Assembly (NCBI GenBank): GCA_046760505.1
Contig: JBHIEG010000044.1
Span: 1-10,339, forward strand
Reading direction: 5' to 3'
Length of the DNA stretch: 10,339 nt
Origin: Candidatus Hydrothermarchaeota archaeon
GTDB lineage: Archaea > CAYFZR01
The notes under the pieces were generated by a model. It had not been told where the DNA came from, made no database searches, and saw only the letters and a program-made list of their open reading frames with translations. Positions 1 through 7,201 of the stretch are shown here, in pieces. The position numbers and the translations under genes were made by a program. Every line of letters begins with the position of its first letter. Positions within the stretch are counted from its first letter, which is position 1.

Positions 1-59
1 CTTTCAAAATTACAGAAAAGGGAATTGTAGTCTTTCCGGAGGAAAGAGTCTTTGACTAA
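1..59 (+). CDS. C-terminal fragment of a KaiC/RAD55-like ATPase (partial, begins upstream of the window)
   Basis: Not in the ORF track. The frame from base 3 reads FKITEKGIVVFPEERVFD* (TAA at 57-59), nearly the same as the C-terminus of the KaiC-like protein at 9046..9849 (LKITDKGIVVFPEEKVFGA*). Confidence 0.85.
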   Translation, partial: FKITEKGIVVFPEERVFD

Positions 60-65
60 GAATAT

Positions 66-71
66 GGAGGT
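66..71 (+). promoter_or_regulatory. Shine-Dalgarno site GGAGGT for the TTG start at 78
   Basis: GGAGGT ends 6 nt before the TTG. Confidence 0.75.
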
Positions 72-77
72 CAATTC

Positions 78-794
78 TTGGAGAAGGTTAACACCGGGAT
101 AAAGGGTTTCGATGAAATCTTGGGAGGAGGTCTTCCAAGAGAGTCAAACATCCTGATAGTTGGCGGTCCTGGCACCGGTAAAACGATGTTTTGCCTTCAG
201 TACCTGTACAAAGGCGCCTATGATTATAATGAGCCCGGAATATACATATCATTGGAAGAAAGAGAAAAAGATCTTAAAAGAAATGTGGAATCATTTGGCT
301 GGGACCTTGATAGTCTCATTAATCAAGGAAAACTTGAGATAATGGATGTGAGCACCACGCTAGTAGATGAGTACGAGGGATCCGATATTTCTCTCAGGGT
401 CATAGACATAGGTTCTCTCATAAATATTATCTTCGAGAGAGTTAAAAGCTTAAAAGCTCAAAGAGTTGCGATCGACTCAATTCCCACTCTTTTCTTACAA
501 TACGATAATCTCTCTTCTGTTAGAAATAATATTTTCAGACTTTGCAATCTATTATTAACAATCGGCTGCACCACCCTTTTATGCTCTCAAGCCGGTATCG
601 GTCAAATTGGAAAGTTTGGAATTGAAGAGTACATTGCTCAAGGAGTAATCGTGCTGAATCTCCAGAGATCCGGTGATAAGCTTGTACGATCTCTTTATGT
701 TCGTAAGATGCGCGGATGTGACCACAGTATGTATGTACATCCCTTTGAGATCACTCCTGAAGAGGGAATCGTTCTGGAGAAGATCATAAGGTGA
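78..794 (+). CDS. Single-domain KaiC/RAD55 (RecA-superfamily) ATPase, 238 aa
   Basis: N-terminal TGIKGFDEILGGGLP, Walker A GGPGTGKT, SLEE catalytic glutamates, Walker B VAIDS, GIEEYIAQGVIVL, and RKMRG arginine-finger motif. TTG start with SD. Confidence 0.93.
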   Translation: MEKVNTGIKGFDEILGGGLPRESNILIVGGPGTGKTMFCLQYLYKGAYDYNEPGIYISLEEREKDLKRNVESFGWDLDSLINQGKLEIMDVSTTLVDEYEGSDISLRVIDIGSLINIIFERVKSLKAQRVAIDSIPTLFLQYDNLSSVRNNIFRLCNLLLTIGCTTLLCSQAGIGQIGKFGIEEYIAQGVIVLNLQRSGDKLVRSLYVRKMRGCDHSMYVHPFEITPEEGIVLEKIIR

Positions 795-798
795 GATT

Positions 799-1506
799 AT
801 GGGAAGATCACTTTCTTTAATTTCAATGAAAGGAGGCGTCGGCAAGACCTTTCTTACATTAAATCTAGGAGTAATTCTCTCAACCACTGGTAAAAATGTA
901 ACTATACTCGATGCGGACTTAAAAAAGCCTGATTTAGCATCTTTCTTAGACATAAAGGTTTCTACCTCCTTGCACGATGTTCTAAAAAACACAGCCTCCT
1001 TAAAAGATGCAATCTACGATGGTCCTAGCGGGGTTAAATTAGTCTGTGGATCTCAAATGCTAGAAAAAATATTTAATGCCAACTCTGAGCAGTTGAAGGA
1101 GGTCATCACAAATCTCCAATCTACATGCGATTATCTCTTAATTGATACTTCTTCCGGATTCGGAAGAGATACGATTTATTCGATTTCAGAATCAGATTTG
1201 AGCCTTTTAGTCGCGGTCCCTACGATTTCTTCCCTGTACGATTGCATTCGAGTAAACAAGATACTCAAGGATCTCGATTCGAGGCCGATAGGATTCGTCC
1301 TCAACAGATTCAAACGAACTGCAGGATCAACGTTCAATGAAAAGAGTATTAGAGAAATCTTAGAAATTCCTTTACTCGGCGTAGTCCCTGAAAACGAGGA
1401 TGTAACGATTGCAGAGGAGTTTGCAAAACCGGTGGTGACTCATCGTCCAAACTCTCCACCTTCACAGGCACTGGTGAAAATAGCTCAAGAATTATCGAGA
1501 TGGTAA
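799..1506 (+). CDS. minD: MinD/ParA-family ATPase (archaeal MinD-like), 235 aa
   Basis: Deviant Walker A SMKGGVGKT with signature Lys, DADL switch I, LIDTSSG switch II, VLNR and LLGVVPE motifs. AAGGTGA SD at 788-794 overlaps the upstream stop. Family-level call only. Confidence 0.9.
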   Translation: MGRSLSLISMKGGVGKTFLTLNLGVILSTTGKNVTILDADLKKPDLASFLDIKVSTSLHDVLKNTASLKDAIYDGPSGVKLVCGSQMLEKIFNANSEQLKEVITNLQSTCDYLLIDTSSGFGRDTIYSISESDLSLLVAVPTISSLYDCIRVNKILKDLDSRPIGFVLNRFKRTAGSTFNEKSIREILEIPLLGVVPENEDVTIAEEFAKPVVTHRPNSPPSQALVKIAQELSRW

Positions 1507-1507
1507 T

Positions 1508-3046
1508 ATGATTGAAAAATGGCTTTTTTCCTTGGAGTATGACTCCAAGGAACTTAAAGAGATGCCAGACGTCAAAGCCACGGACGTCTCCGGTGAAGTT
1601 TTATTCTCGTCAGGTGATGTCGAAATAGTCAAACAACCTAGGGATCCATTACCGAGATACATTGTAAAATCACCTGAGTTGAGTAAAAAAGAAAAAGAAA
1701 TGATGGAAGCGATATTTGAGAACTTCTTAAGCGATTCTCGTATTAACATAGATAAGATACCAGAAGAGAGGCTTGAAAAAGCAGTGAAAGAAGAAATAAA
1801 GAGAATTTATCTTGAACTTTACCCCGGGTCCCCAATAAACGAAACTATAGTCCATCAGATAATGAAAAAAACTATAGGATATGAGTTTCTGGACGATCTC
1901 CTGAGAGATGAAAACTTGGAAGAAGTAATGGTCAACGGAGCAGATAATAATGTATTCGTGCTCCATCGGAAGTTTGGAATGTGTGAAACTAATATAACAC
2001 CTCCCAATGATGATGCCATCAAAAGAATAATTGATAAAATCGCAAGGAGGGTAGGAAGGAAAATAGATCACGCGAATCCTTTATTGGACGCTCGACTTCC
2101 TGATGGTTCGAGGGTAAATGCTACCCTTCCTCTAGTAACCCTGAGAGGTCCTACCATTACAATAAGAAAATTTAAAGCCGATCCTTTAACCATAGTAAAC
2201 CTAATTAACTTTAACACGGTACCCCTTGATTTTGCTGCTTTTCTGTGGCTATGTGTTGATGGATTAGGTATCAGACCTGCAAACATTATCATATCCGGTG
2301 GTACGGGATCTGGTAAGACCTCCACCCTAAATTGCTTGGCCATGTTTATACCTGAAAACGAAAGGATAATCACCATCGAAGATACTGCGGAGCTGCAAAT
2401 CAGGCATCGGCATTGGATACAGATGGAGTCTAAGCCACCTAACATAGAGGGGCGCGGAGAGGTTAAAATGGATGCTCTTGTCAAGAACTGTCTTAGAATG
2501 AGACCTGACAGGATCATAGTTGGAGAGGTAAGAGGTGCTGAGGCAACAACCCTGTTTACAGCAATGAACACAGGTCATGACGGGTGTATGAGCACTTTGC
2601 ATGCAAATACAGCAAGAGAGACTATCACACGTTTGACCAATCCTCCAATGAATGTGCCGCAAATTATGATCCCTGCCCTAGACATCATATTGATGCAAAG
2701 CAGATTCAGACATCGTGAAATAGGCACTGTTCGCAGAATTACTGAAGTATCTGAAATTGCTGGAATTGAAGAGGGCAAAATACAGTTAAACACCATCTAC
2801 AAATACGATCCCATAACAGACACGTTAAAGGAAACTGGCGTTCCCAGTAGAGTAAGGATGCAACTTGCAGAAAGTTCTGGTTTCTCTGGTGCCGAGATAA
2901 ACAAGGAACAGAAGATAATGGAAATTGTTTTGAACTATATGGTGATTAGAGGTATAACCGATTTGGAAAGTGTTCGAAGCGTGGTAAGGGAATACTACAC
3001 TGACAGACACTCTTTAATCGAGAAAATTCAAAGAGAGATACGATGA
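1508..3046 (+). CDS. CpaF/TadA/VirB11-family type IV pilus / type II secretion ATPase, 512 aa
   Basis: LEEVMVNG, DARLPDGSRVNAT, ITIRKF, Walker A GGTGSGKT, Asp box IEDTAEL, Walker B RMRPDRIIVGEVRG, His box TGHDGCMSTLHAN. One nucleotide separates it from the minD stop. Confidence 0.95.
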   Translation: MIEKWLFSLEYDSKELKEMPDVKATDVSGEVLFSSGDVEIVKQPRDPLPRYIVKSPELSKKEKEMMEAIFENFLSDSRINIDKIPEERLEKAVKEEIKRIYLELYPGSPINETIVHQIMKKTIGYEFLDDLLRDENLEEVMVNGADNNVFVLHRKFGMCETNITPPNDDAIKRIIDKIARRVGRKIDHANPLLDARLPDGSRVNATLPLVTLRGPTITIRKFKADPLTIVNLINFNTVPLDFAAFLWLCVDGLGIRPANIIISGGTGSGKTSTLNCLAMFIPENERIITIEDTAELQIRHRHWIQMESKPPNIEGRGEVKMDALVKNCLRMRPDRIIVGEVRGAEATTLFTAMNTGHDGCMSTLHANTARETITRLTNPPMNVPQIMIPALDIILMQSRFRHREIGTVRRITEVSEIAGIEEGKIQLNTIYKYDPITDTLKETGVPSRVRMQLAESSGFSGAEINKEQKIMEIVLNYMVIRGITDLESVRSVVREYYTDRHSLIEKIQREIR

Positions 3047-3069
3047 CTCCCGATAACTCTAAATATAAA

Positions 3070-3546
3070 TTAGACTCTTAATCCGGGCTTGAGGAGGATT
3101 TCACATTCTTCTCCAAAAATCTTCAGTTCATGACGATAATCTTTATCGCAGGCTAATTCGATGGCAACACAGAAAGGAACTGCCCTGCCACACTGAATTG
3201 GAATGTTAGATTCTTTCATCCAAGTACAAGCCTGTCTGTAAGGACATTTGCCTCCCACTTTTATGTGTACAGTATCATTCTCTTTTTTAATCTCGAAGTC
3301 GTCTTTATCAAGAAGACCTTCCTTATCAAATATCTCTACATAGTCTCTACAAGCATTGGTAGGATCATCGGTAGGATCAAGTCTTAATCCTCTTTTTTTC
3401 AAGTAAATTTTCACTCCTTCCGACTCAACTAAATGAAAGTATAGTTTTAGGTTTCCAAGTTGTTTGCCTGCATTTGCAATGCCCCATATCCATGCATTCA
3501 TTACATTGAGCACTCCTTCAAGAGTTTTAACCATGGCCCTCACCAT
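3070..3546 (-). CDS. Cys-rich hypothetical protein, probable V4R-like fold (MetOD1-type), 158 aa
   Basis: Helical N-terminal half, then a beta-rich part with CPYRQAC...C...C and terminal CEI, resembling V4R-clan proteins. AAGGAG SD precedes the ATG. The fold call is inference. Confidence 0.6.
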   Translation of the reverse strand: MVRAMVKTLEGVLNVMNAWIWGIANAGKQLGNLKLYFHLVESEGVKIYLKKRGLRLDPTDDPTNACRDYVEIFDKEGLLDKDDFEIKKENDTVHIKVGGKCPYRQACTWMKESNIPIQCGRAVPFCVAIELACDKDYRHELKIFGEECEILLKPGLRV

Positions 3547-3601
3547 CTTTTTCTCCTTAAGTTTGTGTTGGAACTTCTCATCCTACTTCGCTAATAACGA
3601 A

Positions 3602-3895
3602 CTATACTGGCTTCAGTATATCGACTCTGGTGAGAAATGAAAATCCAAGCCAAAACGATACAGATGTGAATATGAATACCAATTCCAACTGCTCCATCAA
3701 ATCCACATAGATATCAAGCCACTCTATAGTCACGCAAAGCCGTAGTACTGTTAGCGCAATTAGTGCGGTTAACGCAAAAAACCATATCGGGCTTGCTATA
3801 TAAGTTTCTCTATAAATCATTGACGCATAAATTGCTGCTATCAATGATGCTGTGAAACCAATAAATTCTATTCCCGCGATAATAGTTATGTTCAT
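3602..3895 (-). CDS. Small integral membrane protein, about 3 TM helices, 97 aa
   Basis: Three hydrophobic stretches (about aa 5-27, 37-57, 70-88). ATGA overlap with the upstream gene at 3892-3895. Confidence 0.8.
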   Translation of the reverse strand: MNITIIAGIEFIGFTASLIAAIYASMIYRETYIASPIWFFALTALIALTVLRLCVTIEWLDIYVDLMEQLELVFIFTSVSFWLGFSFLTRVDILKPV

Positions 3896-4158
3896 TTTAT
3901 CTTCCTCATTTTTTTATGGGAGGTATAACATGCCATTGCGAATATTATACAGCCGATCATTGCGCTAAAATGTTCTAAAAAATTAAATCCCGTTTCCCAT
4001 ACAAAATCCTCAACTATTGTAAAAATACTTTCCAGTAAGAGAAAGGTATACCCGGCAGTTAACCATCTCCATTTTTTATCCGCCTTTACAGTCTGTATCA
4101 TAAAAATAAAACCGGTTGATACCATTGCTAAGGCGAGAACTTCAGCTATTTCCACCAT
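3892..4158 (-). CDS. Small integral membrane protein, about 3 TM helices, 88 aa
   Basis: Three hydrophobic stretches (about aa 4-21, 30-49, 58-78), a basic first loop and basic C-terminal tail. AGGTGA SD upstream of the ATG. Confidence 0.82.
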   Translation of the reverse strand: MVEIAEVLALAMVSTGFIFMIQTVKADKKWRWLTAGYTFLLLESIFTIVEDFVWETGFNFLEHFSAMIGCIIFAMACYTSHKKMRKIK

Positions 4159-4189
4159 TTGCCTTCACCTGTCCATGTTCGTCCGCAAA

Positions 4190-4678
4190 TCATTCGATGA
4201 GTTTTAATAAAGCAGCCAGTAACTCTTCTACACCCTCTGCTTCGGTTGCAACGGTTCCTATAACTGGAATTTCTTCTGAAAGATTCATTTGGTCTCTAAC
4301 CAACCAAGGTTTCAAGGCTCCGTGCATATCTTGTTTGTTAGCAGCCACTACAAAGGGAACTTTTCTTTTCAATTCTATTTTATCAAGAATTTCTAACGCC
4401 TCTTGAAAGCTATCGGGGTCAGTGCTATCTACCACAAGTATTATTCCATGGATTCCCATGGAAAGAATCTCATGCATAAATTCAAATTCCCTTCTGCTCG
4501 GAGTACCAAATAAACGCAGTTCTAAGGAGTCAATTTTCCTGTCACCATAGTCAAAACCAATTGTAGTACCTAAACGCTCAACATGTAGGACTTTCTTGGT
4601 TAAAGATTCTACTAAGGTTGATTTTCCCGATCTATAGGTGCCGATCACTATTATCTTTATATCTTGCTTCGATCTCAT
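4190..4678 (-). CDS. MglA-like (COG2229-type) small GTPase with aberrant G3 motif, 162 aa from ATG 4678
   Basis: G1 GTYRSGKS, G2 TTIGFDYG, G3 GTPSRREF (canonical GTPGQxRF), G4 NKQD, G5 TVAT. Start is uncertain: GTG 4717, ATG 4678, or fusion to the upstream V4R gene. Confidence 0.88.
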   Translation of the reverse strand: MRSKQDIKIIVIGTYRSGKSTLVESLTKKVLHVERLGTTIGFDYGDRKIDSLELRLFGTPSRREFEFMHEILSMGIHGIILVVDSTDPDSFQEALEILDKIELKRKVPFVVAANKQDMHGALKPWLVRDQMNLSEEIPVIGTVATEAEGVEELLAALLKLIE

Positions 4679-5222
4679 TTTTTTTAAATTTTCTAAATCT
4701 TTTAACCTCAATCTCACAGTGTGAATCTTTTATTGCTCTACATTTGTTTTCAATGCCGTCTAAGTCTGTTTCAAATGTCTCAATTGCAACGCCTGTGATT
4801 AACCCTCGGAGGATATTGTCAGCAGGATATTTAGTCTTTTGAGATGTCTCTTCCAAAAAATAATCTGCTTCAGGTGGATTTGAAGACCTAACGATTAGAT
4901 GTTTCTCGTCAATGCTCAGCTTCACTATATCCAACAAGCCCCATCCTGCACTTGTTAGATATCTCAAAACAGTCCTTAACAGCTCTTCTGGATCATCTAT
5001 TTTTTTTCCTAACACTGTACCATCTTTGAATTTTCTCGTTAAATACTTGCCATCTTCAATTCCTGCGCTGTACAACACTGCTGCTGCACCTCTTCCCATA
5101 ATTTTTTCCACTTCGGTACAGAGAGTTCCCAAGCCCCCGGTTGAAATCACTATCGATCTAATTCCACCGACTCTTATAACTCCGTTTTTGCTCTCTTCGA
5201 AATTTATTAATTTTTCGATCAT
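4632..5222 (-). CDS. Stand-alone V4R-domain protein, 196 aa (start revised to ATG 5222)
   Basis: GVIRVGGIRSIVI hairpin, GxGAAAVLYSAG helix, GWG, RGLITG, ENKC...HCEI. The 44-codon extension in the ORF track overlaps the Roadblock gene; ATG 5222 lies just after that gene's stop with an AGGCGA SD-like site. Confidence 0.88.
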   Translation of the reverse strand: MIEKLINFEESKNGVIRVGGIRSIVISTGGLGTLCTEVEKIMGRGAAAVLYSAGIEDGKYLTRKFKDGTVLGKKIDDPEELLRTVLRYLTSAGWGLLDIVKLSIDEKHLIVRSSNPPEADYFLEETSQKTKYPADNILRGLITGVAIETFETDLDGIENKCRAIKDSHCEIEVKRFRKFKKNEIEARYKDNSDRHL

Positions 5223-5230
5223 TTTATCGC

Positions 5231-5614
5231 CTATAACGCCTTTAGTATTTCTTCTACTCGCTTTGCAGTTCTTTCCATTTGAATTAGTACCAATCCAAGG
5301 TTTGCATCCTTTTCTACCAACGTTACAAGTAAAGCCTCTTCTCCCGCTCCACATGAAACTATCTTTCCCTGATCACATTCTATTACTGTCTGAGAAAATT
5401 CTCCTTGCTCAAGTTCCTGAGCAGCCATCTCGCTTGTTCCTACTATAGCAGCTGTCATAGCAGCTATCCTTCTTGGATCTACGCCACCGGGTAAATCGTG
5501 AGCAATGATTAAACCGTCTCTTCTCACGATTCCGACCGCTATAATATCTGATAGCTTCCGTAGATCCTTTATCGCACCTTTAAGTTTTACCTTAGGGTCT
5601 CCTACCATTTTCAT
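5231..5614 (-). CDS. Roadblock/LC7 (MglB-like) protein, 127 aa
   Basis: IIAVGIVRRDGLIIA, RIAAMTAAIVGTSEMAAQEL, ANLGLVL are typical Roadblock/MglB motifs. ATG 5614 overlaps the upstream stop as TGATG. Confidence 0.93.
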   Translation of the reverse strand: MKMVGDPKVKLKGAIKDLRKLSDIIAVGIVRRDGLIIAHDLPGGVDPRRIAAMTAAIVGTSEMAAQELEQGEFSQTVIECDQGKIVSCGAGEEALLVTLVEKDANLGLVLIQMERTAKRVEEILKAL

Positions 5615-7146
5615 CAAAACCACTTTTTAATCATAAACTCGCAAAAATCATCACCTTTTCCCTGACATTTTGGCTCTCTACAAACCAGTTCTTCTAGTCC
5701 CAATGCACACTCTGTAAAACCACTCAAATACCCCCTTAGAAAGTGACATACGGACGATTCGGCCCTTCCTTTATAGGGGGCTGTCTCGAAATTGTTCTTC
5801 ACTCTAAGGTCTACAATATTTTTCTCTTTGTCAACGTTTATTTTATCGAGGTCAAACCATGATATTTGGGAAAAGTGAGATTTATAAGCGTTAATTTTCT
5901 CTTCCTCTTTCATTTTACTCCATACTTCTAATAGATAACCGAAACTTCTTCTTCCGCTTTCATGACCCACGTTATACAAAACTCCCGCTGCTCCCGTGCC
6001 GAGAGTTTGAGTTAGTCCTTCATGTAAGGATTCCAGAAAACCTCTAATTTCTTCTGCTGTTTGTCTGAGTTTTTCTTTTGATGCTTTCAACTCCTTCTCT
6101 GCTCGCTTGCGTTCTGTAACATCTAATAAAGAGGCTACGCTCTTTTTTGTTCCGGGAATCATAGCAACAGTTAGAAAGATGTCTTTAATCCTACCATGTC
6201 TGTCAATAAAGCGGAATTCATAGTTTCTCGGCGCAGCATCCTCATCAATCCTTCGAAGACGGTGATACTCTTTCATTTTCTCCAGATCATCTTTCAGGAC
6301 AAATTCAGTCCAGCTCTTTTTACCTTCTATTTCCTCTCTTGAATATCCACTGAGCTCTTCAAATTGGGAGTTAACCATGGAGAGAGTCGTATCTTCTTCG
6401 ATGATCACCGTCGCCGTTCCAGTTGATTCAAAAATTGCGCGGTATTTTTCTTCGCTCTCACGCAACGCCTCTTCCGACAACTTGCGCTCGATGATTTCAG
6501 CCTGTAATATCTCATTGATTTTTTCAAGCTCTACGGTACGCTCCTGAACCCGTATTTCTAACTCCTCGTGAGCTTTCCGCAGTGCTTCTTCCGCCCGCTT
6601 GCGATCTCTCTCCTCTCTATCTCTTTGTAGTCTCGCATGTAGCACAGGAGCTATGTGAGTAGCAATGGTTTCCAACATCTTCTGGTCTTTCTCGGTATAG
6701 TCAGTAGCCTTATTGGCGACCGCGAGAATCCCGATGACATTTTCTTGATGAATTATTGGGACAACTAGAACTCTGAGAATAGGAATATGTCCTTCAGGTA
6801 CACGCAAAGGCTTGTTCGAACAGAGAGTCTTCTTTTCTATGAGAGCCCGGCCCCAGATGCCTCTCCATGCATCGCGGGGGAATACGATGTCCTTGTCGGG
6901 AACTTTGCACTTTTCCCAGATTTCTCTGGTCATGGAGGGGCAGACTAAGGCTCCATCTTCATCAATGTATCCGAAGATCCCGTACTTGCTTTCAACGACT
7001 TGCAGAATGACCTGCAACACTTCTCCGTACATTTCCTCGTCTGGAATAGTGAGAAAGATATTTGCGATCTGGTTCCTTATTGCTAGCTCTCGCTCAGATT
7101 CCAGCAACTGATCCGTCTGCTTCATGTTTTTCTCAATCCTTTTCAT
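5614..7146 (-). CDS. GAF - coiled coil/signalling helix - PAS/PAC - V4R sensor protein, 510 aa
   Basis: GAF (VPEGHIPILRVLVVPI...GILAVANK...YTEKD), helix with VQERT, PAS (EEKYRAIFE...VN..FEELSGYSREEIEGK), PAC end DVTERKRAE, V4R (GAAGVLYNVG...CHFLRGYLSG...EPKCQGKGDDFCEF). No H-box or HATPase domain. GGGGGT SD-like site upstream. Confidence 0.92.
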   Translation of the reverse strand: MKRIEKNMKQTDQLLESERELAIRNQIANIFLTIPDEEMYGEVLQVILQVVESKYGIFGYIDEDGALVCPSMTREIWEKCKVPDKDIVFPRDAWRGIWGRALIEKKTLCSNKPLRVPEGHIPILRVLVVPIIHQENVIGILAVANKATDYTEKDQKMLETIATHIAPVLHARLQRDREERDRKRAEEALRKAHEELEIRVQERTVELEKINEILQAEIIERKLSEEALRESEEKYRAIFESTGTATVIIEEDTTLSMVNSQFEELSGYSREEIEGKKSWTEFVLKDDLEKMKEYHRLRRIDEDAAPRNYEFRFIDRHGRIKDIFLTVAMIPGTKKSVASLLDVTERKRAEKELKASKEKLRQTAEEIRGFLESLHEGLTQTLGTGAAGVLYNVGHESGRRSFGYLLEVWSKMKEEEKINAYKSHFSQISWFDLDKINVDKEKNIVDLRVKNNFETAPYKGRAESSVCHFLRGYLSGFTECALGLEELVCREPKCQGKGDDFCEFMIKKWF

Positions 7147-7201
7147 TCTTTACCCCCGTCACTTCATTATTTTTTATTTTAGAGATTTTGGATGAATTTT
7201 G

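Noticed and set aside
160-3010. Alternative ORFs 160..342, 579..992, 1492..1749, 1727..2071, 2068..2571, 2327..2662, 2575..2796, 2825..3010
   Set aside because: They are nested in or antisense to motif-rich genes and carry no recognisable motifs.
78-3046. Archaellum operon (arlH-arlI-arlJ)
   Set aside because: No archaellin, ArlF/G or ArlJ is visible, and a MinD gene separates the KaiC-like gene from the ATPase.
3047-3069. Terminator between the convergent runs
   Set aside because: No hairpin and only a short interrupted T-rich stretch on the minus strand; too weak to call.
4678-4692. Programmed -1 ribosomal frameshift joining V4R to the GTPase
   Set aside because: The GTPase frame is +1 relative to V4R, so a -1 shift leads to the wrong frame. 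Only loss of one A (or a +1/-2 shift) fuses them.
5223-5354. 44-codon N-terminal extension of the V4R ORF
   Set aside because: It overlaps the Roadblock gene out of frame; ATG 5222 is a better start.
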